Assembly: GCA_964016885.1 (NCBI GenBank)
Contig: OZ024741.1
Coordinates: forward strand, 2,604,001 to 2,668,000
Direction: 5' to 3'
Length of the DNA: 64,000 nucleotides
DNA from: Eledone cirrhosa
Taxonomy: Eukaryota
A program made the translations under genes and the position numbers. The stretch's first letter is position 1. Each line of letters starts with the position of its first letter. Below the pieces are notes generated by a model. The model searched no databases, was not told the DNA's origin, and worked only from the letters and a program-made list of their open reading frames with translations. Shown here one piece after another: positions 1 to 15,000 of the stretch.

Positions 1-3000
1 AGTGTAAGGACAGTGTATAGGTGTAAGGACAGTGTATAGGTGTGAGGACAGTGTATAGGTTTAAGGAGAGAGCATAGGTGTAACGACAGTGAATAGGTTT
101 AAGGACCGCGTATATGTGTAAGGACAGTGTATATGTGTAAGGACAGTGTATTGGTTTCTGGAGAGTGTATAGTTGTAATAACAGTGTATAGGTGTAAAGA
201 CAGTGTATATGTGTATAGGTGTAAGGACAGTATATAGGTGTAAGGACAGTGAATAGTTGTAAGGACAGTGTATATGTGTAAGGACAGTGTATAAATGTAA
301 GGACAGTGTATAGGTTTAAGGAGAGTGCATAGGTGTAATGACAGTGTGTAGGTGTAAGGACAGTATAGAGGTGAAAGGACAGTGTATATGTGTAAGGAAA
401 GTGTATTTGGTTTAAGGACAGTTTATAGGTTTAAGGAGAGTATATAGGTGTAAGGGCAGTGTGTAGGTGTAAGGACAGCGTATAGGTGTAAGGACAGTGT
501 ATAGGTGTAAGGAGGGTGTATAGGTGTAAGGACAGTGTATAGGTGTAGGGGCAGTGAACAGTTGTTAGTACAGTGTATATGTGTAGGGACAGTGTATAGG
601 TGTAAGGGCAGTGCATAGGTGTAAGGACAGTGTATAGGGGTAAGGACAGTGTATAGGTGTAAGGACAGTGTATAGGTGTAAGGACAGTGTATAGGTGTAA
701 GGACAGTGTATATGTGTAAGGACAGTGTATAGGTGTAAGTACAGTGTATAGGTGTAAGGGCAGTGTATAGGTGTCAGGAAAGTGTATAGGTGTAAGGAGG
801 GTGTATAGGTGTAAAGACAGTGTATAGATGCAACGACAGTGTATAGGTTAAGGACATTGTATAGGTATAATGACAGTGTATAGGTGTCAGGGCAGTGTGT
901 AGATGTAAGGAGAGTGTATAGGTGTAAGAACAGGGTATAGGTGTAAAGAGAGTGTGCAGGTTTAAGGAAAGTGTACAGGTGTAAAGACAGTGTATAGATG
1001 TAAGGACAGTGTATAGTTTAAGTACAGTGAATAGGTTTATGGACAGTGTATAGATGTAAGGACAGTGTTTAGTTGTAAGGACAGTGTATAGGTTTAAGGA
1101 GAGTGCATAGGTATAATGACAGTGTATAGGTGTAAGGACAGTGTACATGTGTAAAGACAGTGTAGAGACGTAAGGACAGTGTATAGGTTAAGGACAGTGT
1201 ATAGGTATAAGGACAGTGTATAGATGTAAGGACAGTGTATAGGTGTGAGGACAGTGTAGAGGTGTAATGACAGTGTAGAGGTGTAAGGACAGTGTATATG
1301 TGTAAGGATAATGTATGGGTGTGAGGGCACTGTAGAGGTGTAAGGACAGTGTATAGGCGTAAGGACAGTGTATAGCTGTAAGGACAGTGTATAGGTTAAG
1401 GGCAGTGTTTAGGTTAAGGGCAGTGTATAGGTTTAAGGACAGTGTACAGGTGTAAAGACATTGTATAGATGTAAGGACAGTGCATAGGTTAAGGACAGTG
1501 TATAGGTGTAAGGACAGTGTACAGTATGTAAAGACAGTGTAGAGATGTAAGGACAGTGTATAGGTTAAGGACAGTGTATAGGTATAAGGACAGTGTATAG
1601 ATGTAAGGACAGTGTATAGGTGTGAGGACAGTGTAGAGGTGTAAGGACAGTGTAGAGGTGTAAGGACAGTGTATAGGTGTAATGACAGTGTATATGTTGT
1701 ATAGGTGTAAGGGCAGTGTATAGGAGTAATGACAGTGTATATGTTGTATATGTGTAGGGGCAGTGTATAGGTGTAAGGACAGTGTATAAGTGTAAGGACA
1801 GTGTATAGGTGTAAGGACAGTGTAGAGGTGTAAGGACAGTGTATATGTGTAAGGACAGTGTATAGGTGTGAGGACAGTGTATAGGTTTAAGGAGAGAGCA
1901 TAGGTGTAATGACAGTGTATAGGTTTAAGGACAGTTTATAGGTGTAAGGACCGCGTATATGTGTAAGGACAGTGTATAGGTGTAAGGACAGTGTATTGGT
2001 TTCTGGAGAGTGTATAGTTGTAATAACAGTGTATAGGTGTAAAGACAGTGTATATGTGTATAGGTTTATGGACAGTGTATAGGTGTAAGGACAGTGAATA
2101 GTTGTAAGGACAGTGTATATGTGTAAGGACAGTGTATAAGTGTAAGGACAGTGTATAGGTTTAATGAGAGTGCATAGGTGTAATGACAGTGTATAGGCTT
2201 AAGGACAGTGTATAGATGTAAGGACAGTGTTAGGTGTAAGGAGGTTGTATAGGTGTAAGAACAGGGTATAGTTGAAAAGACAGTGTACAGGTTTAATGAA
2301 AGTGTACAGGTTTAAAGACAGTGTATAGATGTTAGGACAGTGTATAGGTTAAGGACAGTGTATAGGTGTAAGGACAGTGTATAGATGTAAGGACAGTGTA
2401 GAGGTGTAAGGACAGTGTAGAGGTATAAGGACAGTGTAGAGGTGTAATGACAGTGTATAGGTGTAAGGACAGTATAGAAGTGAAAGGACAGTGTATAGGT
2501 GTAAGGAAAGTGTATAGGTTTAAGGACAGTATATAGGTGTAAGTGCAGTGTATAGGTGTAAGGACATTGTATATGTGTAAGGACAGTGTATAGGTGTAAG
2601 GACAGTGTATAGGTGTAAGGACAGTGTATAGGTGTAAGGACAGTGTAGAGGTGCAAGTACAGTGTATAGGTGTAAGAACAGTGTATAGGTGTAAGGACAG
2701 TGTAGAGGTGTAATGACAGTGTATAGGCTTAAGGAGAGTATATAGGTGTAAGTACAGTGTATAGGTGTAAGGGCAGTGTATAGGTGTCAGGACAGTGTGT
2801 AGATGTAAGGACACTGTATAGATGTAAGGACAGTGTATAGGTGTAAGGACAGTGTATAGGTTTCTGGAGAGTGTATAGGTGTAATGACAGTGAGTAGATG
2901 CAAGGACAGTGTATAGGTGTAAGGACAGCGTATAGGTGTAAGGACAGTGTATAGGTGTAAGGAGGGTGTATGCGTGTTAAGACAGTGTATAGAAGCAAGG

Positions 3001-6000
3001 ACAGTGTATAGGTTAAGGACAGTGTATAGGTATAATGGCAGTGCATAGGTGTCAGGGCAGTGTGTAGATATAAGGAGAGTGTATAAGTGTAAGAACAGGG
3101 TATAGGTGTAAAGACAGTGTGCAGGTTTAAGGAAAGTGTACAGGTGTAAAGACAGTGTATAGATGTAAGGACAGTGTATAGGTTAAGTTGAGTGAATAGG
3201 TTTAGGGACAGTGTATAGATGTAAGGATAGTGTATAGTTGTAAGGACAGTGTATAGGTTTAAGGAGAGTGCATAGGTATAATGACATTGTATAGATGTAA
3301 GGACAGTGTATAGGTTAAGGCCAGTGTATAGGTGTAAGGACAGTGTACAGGTGTAAAGACAGTGTAGAGATGTAATAACAGTGTATAGGTTAAGGACAGT
3401 GTATAGGTATAAGGACAGTGTATAGATATAAGGACAGTGTAGAGGTGTAGTGACAGTGTATATGTGTAATGACAGTGTAGAAATGTAAGGACAGTGTATA
3501 CGTGTAAGGACAGTGTATGGGTGTGAGGACATTGTATAGGTTTAAGGACAGTTTATAGGTGTAATGACCGCTTATATGTGTAAGTACAGTGTATAGGTGT
3601 AAGGACAGTGTATTGGTTTCTGGAGAGTGTAAAGTTGTAATAACAGTGTATAGGTGTAAAGACAGTGTATATGTGTATAGGTGTAAGGACAGTGTATAGG
3701 TGTAAGGGCAGTGTATAGGTGTAAGGACAGTGTATAGGTGTAAGGAGGGTGTATAGGTGTAAAGACAGTGTATAGATGCAAGGACAGTGTATAGGCTAAG
3801 GACAGTGTATAGGTATAATGGCAGTGTATAGGTTTCAGGGCAGTGTGTAGATGTAAGGAGAGTGTATAGGTGTAAGAACAGGGTATAGGTGTAAAGACAG
3901 TGTATAGATGTAAGGACAGTGTATAGGTTAAGGACAGTGAATAGGTGTAGGGACAGTGTATTGATGTAAGGACAGTGTATAGATGTAAGGACAGTGTATA
4001 GGTGTAAGGACAGTGTATAGGTGTAAGGACAATGTATAGATGTAAGGACAGTGTATAGGTGTAAGGACAGTGTGTAGGTATAATGACAGTGTATAGGTGT
4101 AAGGACAGTGTAGAGGTGCAAGGACAGTGTATAGTTGTAAGGACAGTGTATAGATGTAAGGACAGTGAACAGTTGTTAGGACAGTGTATATGTGTAGGGA
4201 CAGTGTATAGGTGTAAGGGCAGTGTGTAGGTGTAAGAACAGTGTATAGGTGTAAGGACAGTGTAGAGGTGTAAGGACAGTGTATCGGCGTAAGGACATTG
4301 TATAGGTGTAAGGACAGTGTATAGGATTATGGATAGTGTATAGGTGTAAGGAAAGTGTATAGGTTTAAGGAGAGTGTATAGGTGTAAGGACAGTGTATGT
4401 GTGTAACGGCAGGGTATAGGTTTAAGGAGAGTATATAGGTGTAATGAGAGTGTACATGGTGTATAGGTGTAAGGGCAGTGTATAGGTGTAAGGACAGTGT
4501 ATAGGTGTAAGAACAGTGTATAGGTGTAAGGACAGTGTATAGGTGTAAGAACGGTGTATAGGTGTAAGGACAGTGTATAGGTGTAAGGACAGTGTATAGG
4601 TGTAAGGACAGTGTATAGGTGTAAGGACAGTGTAGTGGCTTAAGGAGTGTGCATAGGTGTAATGACAGTGTATAGGTGTAAGGACAGTGTATAGGTGTAA
4701 GGACAGTGTATAGGTGTAAGGAGAGTGTATAGGTGTAAGGACAGTGTATAGGTGTATAGGTGTAAGGACATTGAATAGTTGTAAGGACAGTGTATATGTG
4801 TAAGGACAGTGTATAGGTGTAAGGACAGTGTATAGGTGTAATGGCAGTGTATATGTATCAGGACAGTGTATAGATGCAAGGACAGTGTATAGGTGTATGG
4901 ACCGTGTATTGGTGTAAGGACAGTGTATAGGTGTGAGGACAGTGTATAGGTTTAAGGAGAGAGCATAGGTGTAATGACAGTGTATAGGTTTAAGGACAGT
5001 TTATAGGTGTATGGACCGCGCATATGTGTAAGGACAATGTATAGGTGTAAGGAGGATGTATAGGTGTAAGAACAGGGTATAGTTGTAAAGACAGTGTACA
5101 GGTTTAATGAAAGTGTACAGGTTTAAAGACAGTGTATAGATGTTAGGACAGTGTATAGGTTAAGGACAGTGTATAGGTGTAAGGACAGTGTATAGATGTA
5201 AGGACAGTGTAGAGGTGTAAGGACAGTGTAGAAGTATAAGGACAGTGTAGAGGTGTAATGACAGTGTATAGATGTAAGGACAGTATAGAGGTGAAAGGAC
5301 AGTTTATAGGTGTAAGGAAAGTGTATAGGTTTAAGGACAGTATATTGGTGTAAGAACAGTGTAGAGGTGTAAGGACAGTGTATAGGTTTAACGAGAGTAT
5401 ATAGGTGTAAGGACAGTGTATAGGTGTAAGGGCAGTGAACAGTTGTTAGTACAGTGTATATGTGTAGGGACAGTGTATAGGTGTAAGGGCAGTGTATAGG
5501 TATAAGGACAGTGTATAGGGGTAAGGACAGTGTATAGGTGTAAGGAGTGTGTATAGGTTTCTGGAGAGTGTATAGGTGTAATGACAGTGAGTAGATGCAA
5601 GTACAGTGTATAGGTGTAAGGACAGCGTATAGGTGTAAGGACAGCGTATAAGTGTAAGGAGAGTGTATAGGTGTAAAGACAGTGTATAGATGCAAGGACA
5701 GTGTATAGGTTAAGGACAGTGTATAGGTATAATGGCAGTGTATAGGTGTCAGGGCAGTGTGTAGATGTAAGGAGAGTGTATAGGTGTAAGAACAGGGTAT
5801 AGGTGTAAAGACAGTGTGCAGGTTTAAGAAAAGTGTACAGGTGTAAAGACAGACAGTGTATAGATGTAAGGACAGTGTATAGTTGTAAGGACAGTGTATA
5901 GGTTTAAGGACAGTGCATAGGTATAATGACAGTGTATAGGTGTAAGGCAGTGTATAGGTGTAAGGACAGTGTACAGGTGTAATGACATTGTATAGATGTA

Positions 6001-9000
6001 AGGACAGTGTATAGGTTAAGGACAGTGTATAGGTGTAAGGACAGTGTACAGGTGTAAAGACAGTGTAGAGTTGTAAGGACAGTGTATAGGTGTGATGACA
6101 GTGTAGAGGTGTAAGGACAGTGTACAAGTGTAAGGACAGTGTATAGGTGTAAGGCCATCGTTTAGGTTTAAGGAGAGTGTATAGGTGTAATGACAGTGTA
6201 TATGTTTTATAGGTGTAAGGGCAGTGTATAGGTGTAAGGACAGTGTATAGGTGTAAGGACAGTGTATATGTGTAAGGACAGTGTAGAGGTGTAAGGACAG
6301 TGTATATGTGTAAGGACAGTGTATGGGTGTGAGGACAGTGTATAGGTTTTAGGAGAGAGCATAGGTGTAATGACAGTGTATAGGTTTAAGGACAGTTTAT
6401 AGGTGTAATGAACGCGTATATGTGTAAGGACAGTGTATAGGTGTAAGGACAGTGTATTGGTTTCTGGAGAGTGTATAGTTGTAATAACAGTGTATAGGTG
6501 TAAAAACAGTGTATATGTGTATAGGTGTAAGGACAGTGTATAGGAGTAAGGACAGTGAATATTTGTAAGGACAGTGTATATGTGTAAGGACAGTATATAA
6601 GTGTAAGGACAGTGTATAGGTGTAAGGAGAGTGCATATGTTTAATGAGAGTGCATAGGTGTAATGACAGTGTATAGGCTTAAGGAAACTGTATAGATGTA
6701 AGGACAGTGTATAGGTGTAAGGAGGATGTATAGGTTTAAGAACAGCGTATAGTTGTAACGACAGTTTACAGGTTTAATGAAAGTGTACAGGTTTAAAGAC
6801 AGTGTATAGATGTAAGGACATTGTATAGGTTAAGGACAGTGTATAGGTGTAAGGACAGTGTAGAGGTGTAAGGACAGTGTAGAGGTATAAGGACAGTGTG
6901 GAGGTGTAATGACAGTGTATAGGTGTAAGGACAGTATAGAGGTGTAAGGACAGTGTATAGGTGTAAGGAAAGTGTATAGGTCTAAGGACAGTATATAAGT
7001 GTAAGGACAGTGAACAGTTGTTAGTACAGTGTATATGTGTAGGGACAGTGTATAGGTGTAAGGGCAGTGTATAGGTGTAAGGACAGTGTATAGGTGTAGA
7101 GACAGGGTATAGGTGTAAGGACAGTGTATAGGTGTAAGGACAGTGTATAGGTGTAAGGACAGTGTATAGCTGTAAGGACAATGTAGAGGTGTAAGGACAG
7201 TGTATTTGTGTAAGGACAGTGTATAGGTTTAAGGAAAGGGCATAGGTGTAATGACAGTGTATAGGTTTAAGGACAGTGTATAGGTGTAAGGACAGTGTAT
7301 AGGTGTAAGGACAGTGTATAGGTGTAAGGAGAATGTATAGGTTTCTGGAGAGCGTATAGGTGTAATGACAGTGAGTAGATGCAAGGACAGTGTATTGGTG
7401 TAAGGGCAGCGTATAGGTGTAAGGACAGTGTATAGGTGTAAAGAGGGTGTATAGGTGTAAAGACAGTGTATAGATGCAAGGACAGTGTATAGGTATAATA
7501 GCAGTGTATAGGTGTCAGGGCAGTGTATAGATGTAAGGAGAGTGTATAGGTGTAAGAACAGGGTATAGGTGTAAAGACAGTGTGCAGGTTTAAGGAAAGT
7601 GTACAGGTTTAAAGACAGTGTATAGGTTAAGGACAGTGAATAGGTGTAGGGACAGTGTATTGTTGTAAGGACAGTGTATAGTTGTAAGGACAGTGTATAG
7701 GTGTAAGGACTGTGTATAGGTGTAAGGACAATGTATAGGTGTAAGGACAGTGTATAGGTGTAAGGACAGTGTTTAGGTATAATGACAGTGTATAAGTGTA
7801 AGGACAGTGTAGAGGTGTAAGGACAGTGTATAGTTGTAAGGACAGTGTATAGATGTAAGGACAGTGAACAGTTGTTAGGACAGTGTATATGTGTAGGGAC
7901 AGTGTATAGGTGTAAGGGCAGTGTGTAGGTGTAAGGACAGTGTATAGGTGTAAGGAGAGTGTAGAGGTATAAGGACAGTGTATCGGCGTAAGGACAGTGT
8001 ATAGGTGTAAGGAGAGTGTATAGGTGTAAGGACAGTGTATAGGTTTATGGATAGTGTATATGTGTAAGGAAAGTGTATAGGTTTTAGGAGAGTGTGTAGG
8101 TGTAAGGACAGTGTATAGGTGTAAGTAGAGTGTATAGGTTTAAGGACAGTGTATAGGTATAATGAAAGCGTATAGGTGTAAGGACAGTGTATATGTGTAA
8201 CGGCAGGGTATAGGTTTAAGGAGAGTGTATAGGTGTAATGAGAGTGTACATGGTGTATAGGTATATGGGCAGTGTATAGGTGTAAGGACAGTGTATAGGT
8301 GTAAGAACAGTGTATAGGTGTAAGGACACTGTATAGGTGTAAGGACAGTGTATAGGTGTAAGGAGAGTGTAGAGTTTTAAGGAGAGTGCATAGGTGTAAT
8401 GACAGTGTATATGTGTAAGGACAGTGTATAGGTGTAAGGACAGTGTATAGGTGTAATGGCAGTGTATAGGTATCAGGACAGTGTAAAGATGTAAGGACAG
8501 TGTATAGGTGTATGGACAGTGTATTGGTGTAAGGAGGGTGTTTAGGTGTAAGAACAGGGGAGAGGTGTAAAGACAGTGTACAGGTTTAATGAAAGTGTAC
8601 AGGTTTAAAGACAGTGTATAGATGTAAGGACAGTGTATAGGTTAAGGACAGTGTATAGGTGTAAGGACAGTGTATATATGTAAGGACACTGTTAAGGTGT
8701 AAGGACAGTGTAGAGGTGTAAGGACAGTGTATAGGCGTAAGGACAATGTACAGGTGTAAGGACAGTGTATAGGTGTAAGGACAGTGTTTAGGTTTAAGGA
8801 CAGTGTTTAGGTGTAAGGAAAGTGTATAGGTTTAAGGACAGTGTATAGGTGTAAGGACAGTGTATAGGTGAAAGGGCAGTGAACAGTTGTTAGGACAGTG
8901 TATATGTGTAGGGACAGTGTATAGGTGTAATGGCAGTGTATAGGTGTACGGGCAGTGTATAGGTTTAAGGAGAGTATATTGGTGTAAGGACAGTGTATAG

Positions 9001-12000
9001 GTGTAAGGGCAGTGAACAGTTGTTAGGACAGTGTATATGTGTAGGGACGGTGTATAGGTGCAAGGGCAGTGTATATGTGTATGGGCAGTGTATAGCTTTA
9101 ATGATAGTGTATAGGTGTAAGGACAGTGTATAGGTGTAAGGACAGTGTATAGGTGTAAGGACAGTGTATAGGTGTAATGGCAGTGTATAGGTGTAAGGAA
9201 AAGGTAGAGGTGTAAGGTCAGTGTATTTGTGTAAGGACAGTATAGAGGTGAAAGGACAGTGTATAGGTTTAAGGACAGTATATTGGTGTAAGGACAGTGT
9301 ATAGGTGTAAGGGCAGTGAACGGTTGTTAGTACAGTGTATATGTGTAAGGACAGTGTATAGGTATAAGGGCAGTGTATAGGTGTAAGGCCAGTGTATATA
9401 TGTAAGGACAGTGTATAGATGTAAGGAGAGTGTATATATGTAAGGACAGTGTATAGATGTAAGGACAGTGTACAGGTTTAAGGGCAGTGTATAGGTGTAA
9501 GGACAGTGTATAGGTTTAAGGGGAATGTATAGATGTAAGGACAGTGTATAGGTTTAAGGACAGTGTACAGGTGTAAGATCAATGTGTAGGTGTAAGGACA
9601 GTGTATAGATGTAAGGACAGTTTATAGGTGTAAGGACAGTGTATAGGTGTAAGGACAGTGTATAGGTGTAAGAAGAGTGTACAGGTTTAAGGACAGTGTT
9701 TAGATGTAAGTACACTTTATAGGTTTAAGGACAGTGTATAGATGAAAGGACAGTGTGTAGGTGTAATGACAGTGTATAGGTGTAAGGACGGTGTATAGGG
9801 GTAAGGACAGTGTATAGGTGTAAGGACAGTGTATATATGTAAGGACAGTGTATAGGTGTAAGGACAGTGTATAGATGTAAGGACAGTTTATAGGTGTAAC
9901 CACAGTGTATAGGGGTAAGGACAGTGTATAGATGTAAGGACAGTTTATAGGTATAAGGACAGTATATAGGTGTAAGCACAGTGTACAGGTTTAAGGACAG
10001 TGTACAGGTGTAAGGACAGTGTATATATGTAAGGACAGTGTATAGGTGTAAGGACGGTGTATAGGAGTAAGGACAGTGTATAGGTGTAAACAGTGTACAG
10101 GTTTAAGGACAGTGTATATATGTAAGGAGAGTGTATAGGTGTAAGGACAGTGTATAGATGTAAGGACAGTGTATAGGTGTAAGGACGGTGTATAGGTGTA
10201 AGGACAGTGTATAGTTGTAAGGACAGTGTATAGGTGTAAGGACAGCGTATAGTTTTAAGGACAGTATATAGATGTAAGGACAGTGTATAGGTTTAAGGAC
10301 AGTGTATATATGTAAGGACAGTGTACAGATGTAAGGACAGTGTATATGTATAAGTGTAGTGTATAGGTGTTAGAGCAGTGTATAGGTGTAATGGCAGTGT
10401 ATAGGTGTAAGGACAGTGTATAGTTTTAAGGACAGTGTATAGATGTAAGGACAGTGTATAGGTTTAAGGACAGTGTATAGCTGAAAGGACAATGTATAGG
10501 TGTAAGGACAGTGTATATATGTAAGGACAGTGTATAGGTGTAAGTTCAGTGTATAGATGGAAAGACAGTGTATAGGTGTAAGGACAGTGTATAGGTTTAA
10601 GGACAGTGTATAGGCGTAAGGACAGTGTATAGGTGAAAGGACAATGTATAGGTGTAAGGACAGTGTATAGATGTAAGGGCAGTGTATAGGTGTAAGGTCA
10701 GTGTATAGATGGAAAGACAGTGTGTAGGTGTAAGGACAGTGTATAGTTGTAATGACAGAATATATAGGTGTAAGGACAATGTATAGGTGTAAGGACAGTG
10801 TATAGGTGTAAGGAGAGTGTATAGATGTAAGGACAGTGTCTAGATGTAATGACAGTGTATAGGTTTAAGGACAGTTTATAAGTGTAAGGACAGTGCATAG
10901 GCGTAAGGACAGTGTATAGATGAAAAGACAGTGTGTAGGTGTAATGACAGTGTATAGGTGTAACGACGGTGTATAGGTGTAAGGACAGTGTATAGGTGTA
11001 AGGACAGTGTACAGGTTTAAGGACAGTATACATGTGTAAGGACAGTCTATAGGTGTAATGACAGTGTATAGGTTTAAGGACAGTGTATAGGTGTAAGGAC
11101 AGGATATATATTTAAGGACAGTTTATTGATGTAAGGACAGTGTATAGGTATAAGTGTAGTGTATAGGTGTTAGAGCAGTGTATAGGTGTAATGGCAGTGT
11201 ATAGGTGTAAGGACAGTGTATAGTTTTAAGGGTAGTGTATAGATGTAAGGACAGTGTATAGGTTTAAGGACAGTGTATAGCTGAAAGGACAATGTAGAGG
11301 TGTAAGGACAGTGTATATATGTAAGGACAGTGTATAGGTGTAAGTTCAGTGTACAGTTTTAAGGACAGTGTATAGGTGCAAGGACAGTGTATAGATGTAA
11401 GGACAGTGTATAGGTGTAAGGACAGTGTATAGGTGTAAGGACGGTGTATAGATGTCAGGACAGTGTATATGTGTAACAAAAGTCTATAGGTGTAAGGGCT
11501 GTGTATATGTGTAAGGGCAGTGTATATGTGTAAGGACAGTGTATAGGTGTAAGGACAATGTATAGGTGTTAGGGCAGTTTATAGATTTAAGGACAGTGTA
11601 TAGGTGTAAGTACATTGTATAGGTGTAAGGACAGTGTTTAGGTGGAAAGAGAGTGTATAGCTTTAAAGATAGTGTATAGGTTTAAGGACAGTATATTGGT
11701 GTAAGGACAGTGTATAGGTGTAAGGGCAGTGAACGGTTGTTAGTACAGTGTATATGTGTAAGGACAGTGTATAGGTATAAGGGCAGTGTATAGGTGTAAG
11801 GCCAGTGTATATATGTAAGGACAGTGTATAGATGTAAGGAGAGTGTATATATGTAAGGACAGTGTATAGATGTAAGGACAGTGTACAGGTTTAAGGGCAG
11901 TGTATAGGTGTAAGGACAGTGTATAGGTTTAAGGGGAATGTATAGATGTAAGGACAGTGTATAGGTTTAAGGACAGTGTACAGGTGTAAGATCAATGTGT

Positions 12001-15000
12001 AGGTGTAAGGACAGTGTATAGATGTAAGGACAGTTTATAGGTGTAAGGACAGTGTATAGGTGTAAGGACAGTGTATAGGTGTAAGAAGAGTGTACAGGTT
12101 TAAGGACAGTGTACAGGTGTAAGGACAGTGTTTAGATGTAAGTACACTTTATAGGTGTAAGGACAGTGTATAGATGAAAGGACAGTGTGTAGGTGTAATG
12201 ACAGTGTATAGGTGTAAGGACGGTGTATAGGGGTAAGGACAGTGTATAGGTGTAAGGACAGTGTATATATGTAAGGACAGTGTATAGGTGTAAGGACAGT
12301 GTATAGATGTAAGGACAGTTTATAGGTGTAACCACAGTGTATAGGGGTAAGGACAGTGTATAGATGTAAGGACAGTTTATAGGTATAAGGACAGTATATA
12401 GGTGTAAGCACAGTGTACAGGTTTAAGGACAGTGTACAGGTGTAAGGACAGTGTATATATGTAAGGACAGTGTATAGGTGTAAGGACGGTGTATAGGAGT
12501 AAGGACAGTGTATAGGTGTAAACAGTGTACAGGTTTAAGGACAGTGTATATATGTAAGGAGAGTGTATAGGTGTAAGGACAGTGTATAGATGTAAGGACA
12601 GTGTATAGGTGTAAGGACGGTGTATAGGTGTAAGGACAGTGTATAGTTGTAAGGACAGTGTATAGGTGTAAGGACAGCGTATAGTTTTAAGGACAGTATA
12701 TAGATGTAAGGACAGTGTATAGGTTTAAGGACAGTGTATATATGTAAGGACAGTGTACAGATGTAAGGACAGTGTATATGTATAAGTGTAGTGTATAGGT
12801 GTTAGAGCAGTGTATAGATGTAATGGCAGTGTATAGGTGTAAGGACAGTGTATAGTTTTAAGGACAGTGTATAGATGTAAGGACAGTGTATAGGTTTAAG
12901 GACAGTGTATAGCTGAAAGGACAATGTATAGGTGTAAGGACAGTGTATATATGTAAGGACAGTGTATAGGTGTAAGTTCAGTGTATAGATGGAAAGACAG
13001 TGTATAGGTGTAAGGACAGTGTATAGGTTTAAGGACAGTGTATAGGCGTAAGGACAGTGTATAGGTGAAAGGACAATGTATAGGTGTAAGGACAGGGTAT
13101 AGATGTAAGGGCAGTGTATAGGTGTAAGGTCAGTGTATAGATGGAAAGACAGTGTGTAGGTGTAAGGACAGTGTATAGTTGTAATGACAGAATATATAGG
13201 TGTAAGGACAATGTATAGGTGTAAGGACAGTGTATAGGTGTAAGGAGAGTGTATAGATGTAAGGACAGTGTCTAGATGTAATGACAGTGTATAGGTTTAA
13301 GGACAGTTTATAAGTGTAAGGACAGTGCATAGGCGTAAGGACAGTGTATAGATGAAAAGACAGTGTGTAGGTGTAATGACAGTGTATAGGTGTAACGACG
13401 GTGTATAGGTGTAAGGACAGTGTATAGGTGTAAGGACAGTGTACAGGTTTAAGGACAGTATACATGTGTAAGGACAGTCTATAGGTGTAATGACAGTGTA
13501 TAGGTTTAAGGACAGTGTATAGGTGTAAGGACAGGATATATATTTAAGGACAGTTTATTGATGTAAGGACAGTGTATAGGTATAAGTGTAGTGTATAGGT
13601 GTTAGAGCAGAGTATAGGTGTAATGGCAGTGTATAGGTGTAAGGACAGTGTATAGTTTTAAGGATAGTGTATAGATGTAAGGACAGTGTATAGGTTTAAG
13701 GACAGTGTATAGCTGAAAGGACAATGTAGAGGTGTAAGGACAGTGTATATATGTAAGGACAGTGTATAGGTGTAAGTTCAGTGTACAGTTTTAAGGACAG
13801 TGTATAGGTGCAAGGACAGTGTATAGATGTAAGGACAGTGTATAGGTGTAAGGACAGTGTATAGGTGTAAGGACGGTGTATAGATGTCAGGACAGTGTAT
13901 ATGTGTAACAAAAGTCTATAGGTGTAAGGGCTGTGTATATGTGTAAGGGCAGTGTATATGTGTAAGGACAGTGTATAGGTGTAAGGACAATGTATAGGTG
14001 TTAGGGCAGTTTATAGATTTAAGGACAGTGTATAGGTGTAAGTACATTGTATAGGTGTAAGGACAGTGTTTAGGTGGAAAGAGAGTGTATAGCTTTAAAG
14101 ATAGTGTATAGGTTTAAGGACAGTGTGTATATTTAAGGACAGTGTATAGGTGTAAGGACAGTGTATAGGTTAAAGGAGAGTGTATAGATGTAAAGGACAA
14201 TGTATAGATGTTAGGACAGTGTATAGGTGTAAGGGTAGTGTATAAATGTAAGGAGACTGTATAGGTGTAAGGACAGTATATAGATTTAAGGACAGTGTAC
14301 AGGTGTAAGGTCAGTGTATAGGTTTAAGGACAGTGTATAGGTTTAAGGGCAGTGTATAGGTGTAGGGACAGTGTATTGGTGTAAGGACAGTGTATAGGTT
14401 TCAGAACCGTGTATAGGTGTAATGACAGTGTATAGGTGAAAGGACAGTGTATAGGTGTAAGGACAGTGTATAGGTGTAAGAACAGTGTATTCGTGTAAGA
14501 ATAGTGTATAGGTTTAAAGACAGTGTATAGGTGTAAGTACAGAGTACAGGTTTAAGGACAGTGTATAGGTGTAAGGACAGTGTATAGGTATAAGCACAGT
14601 GTATAGATGTAAGGACAGTGTATATGTGTAAGTGTAGTGTATAGGTTTAAGGACAGTCTATAGGTGTAAGGCCAGTATATAAGTGTAAGGACAGTGTATA
14701 GGTGTAAGGGCAGTGTAGAGTTTTAAGGACAGTGTATAGGTGTAAGAACAGTGTATAGGTGTAAGGACGGCGTATAGATTTAAGTTCAGCGTATAGATAT
14801 AAGGACAGTGTATAGATTTAAGGACAGTGTATAGGTGTAAGGACAGTGTATAGTTGTAAGGACAGCGTATAGGTTTAAGGACAGTGTATAGGTGTAAGGA
14901 CAGTGTATAGGTGTAAGGACAGTGTATAGATTTAAGGACAGTGTATAGGTGTAAGGACAGTGTATAGGTGTAAGGAAAGTTTATTGGTGTAAGGACAGTG

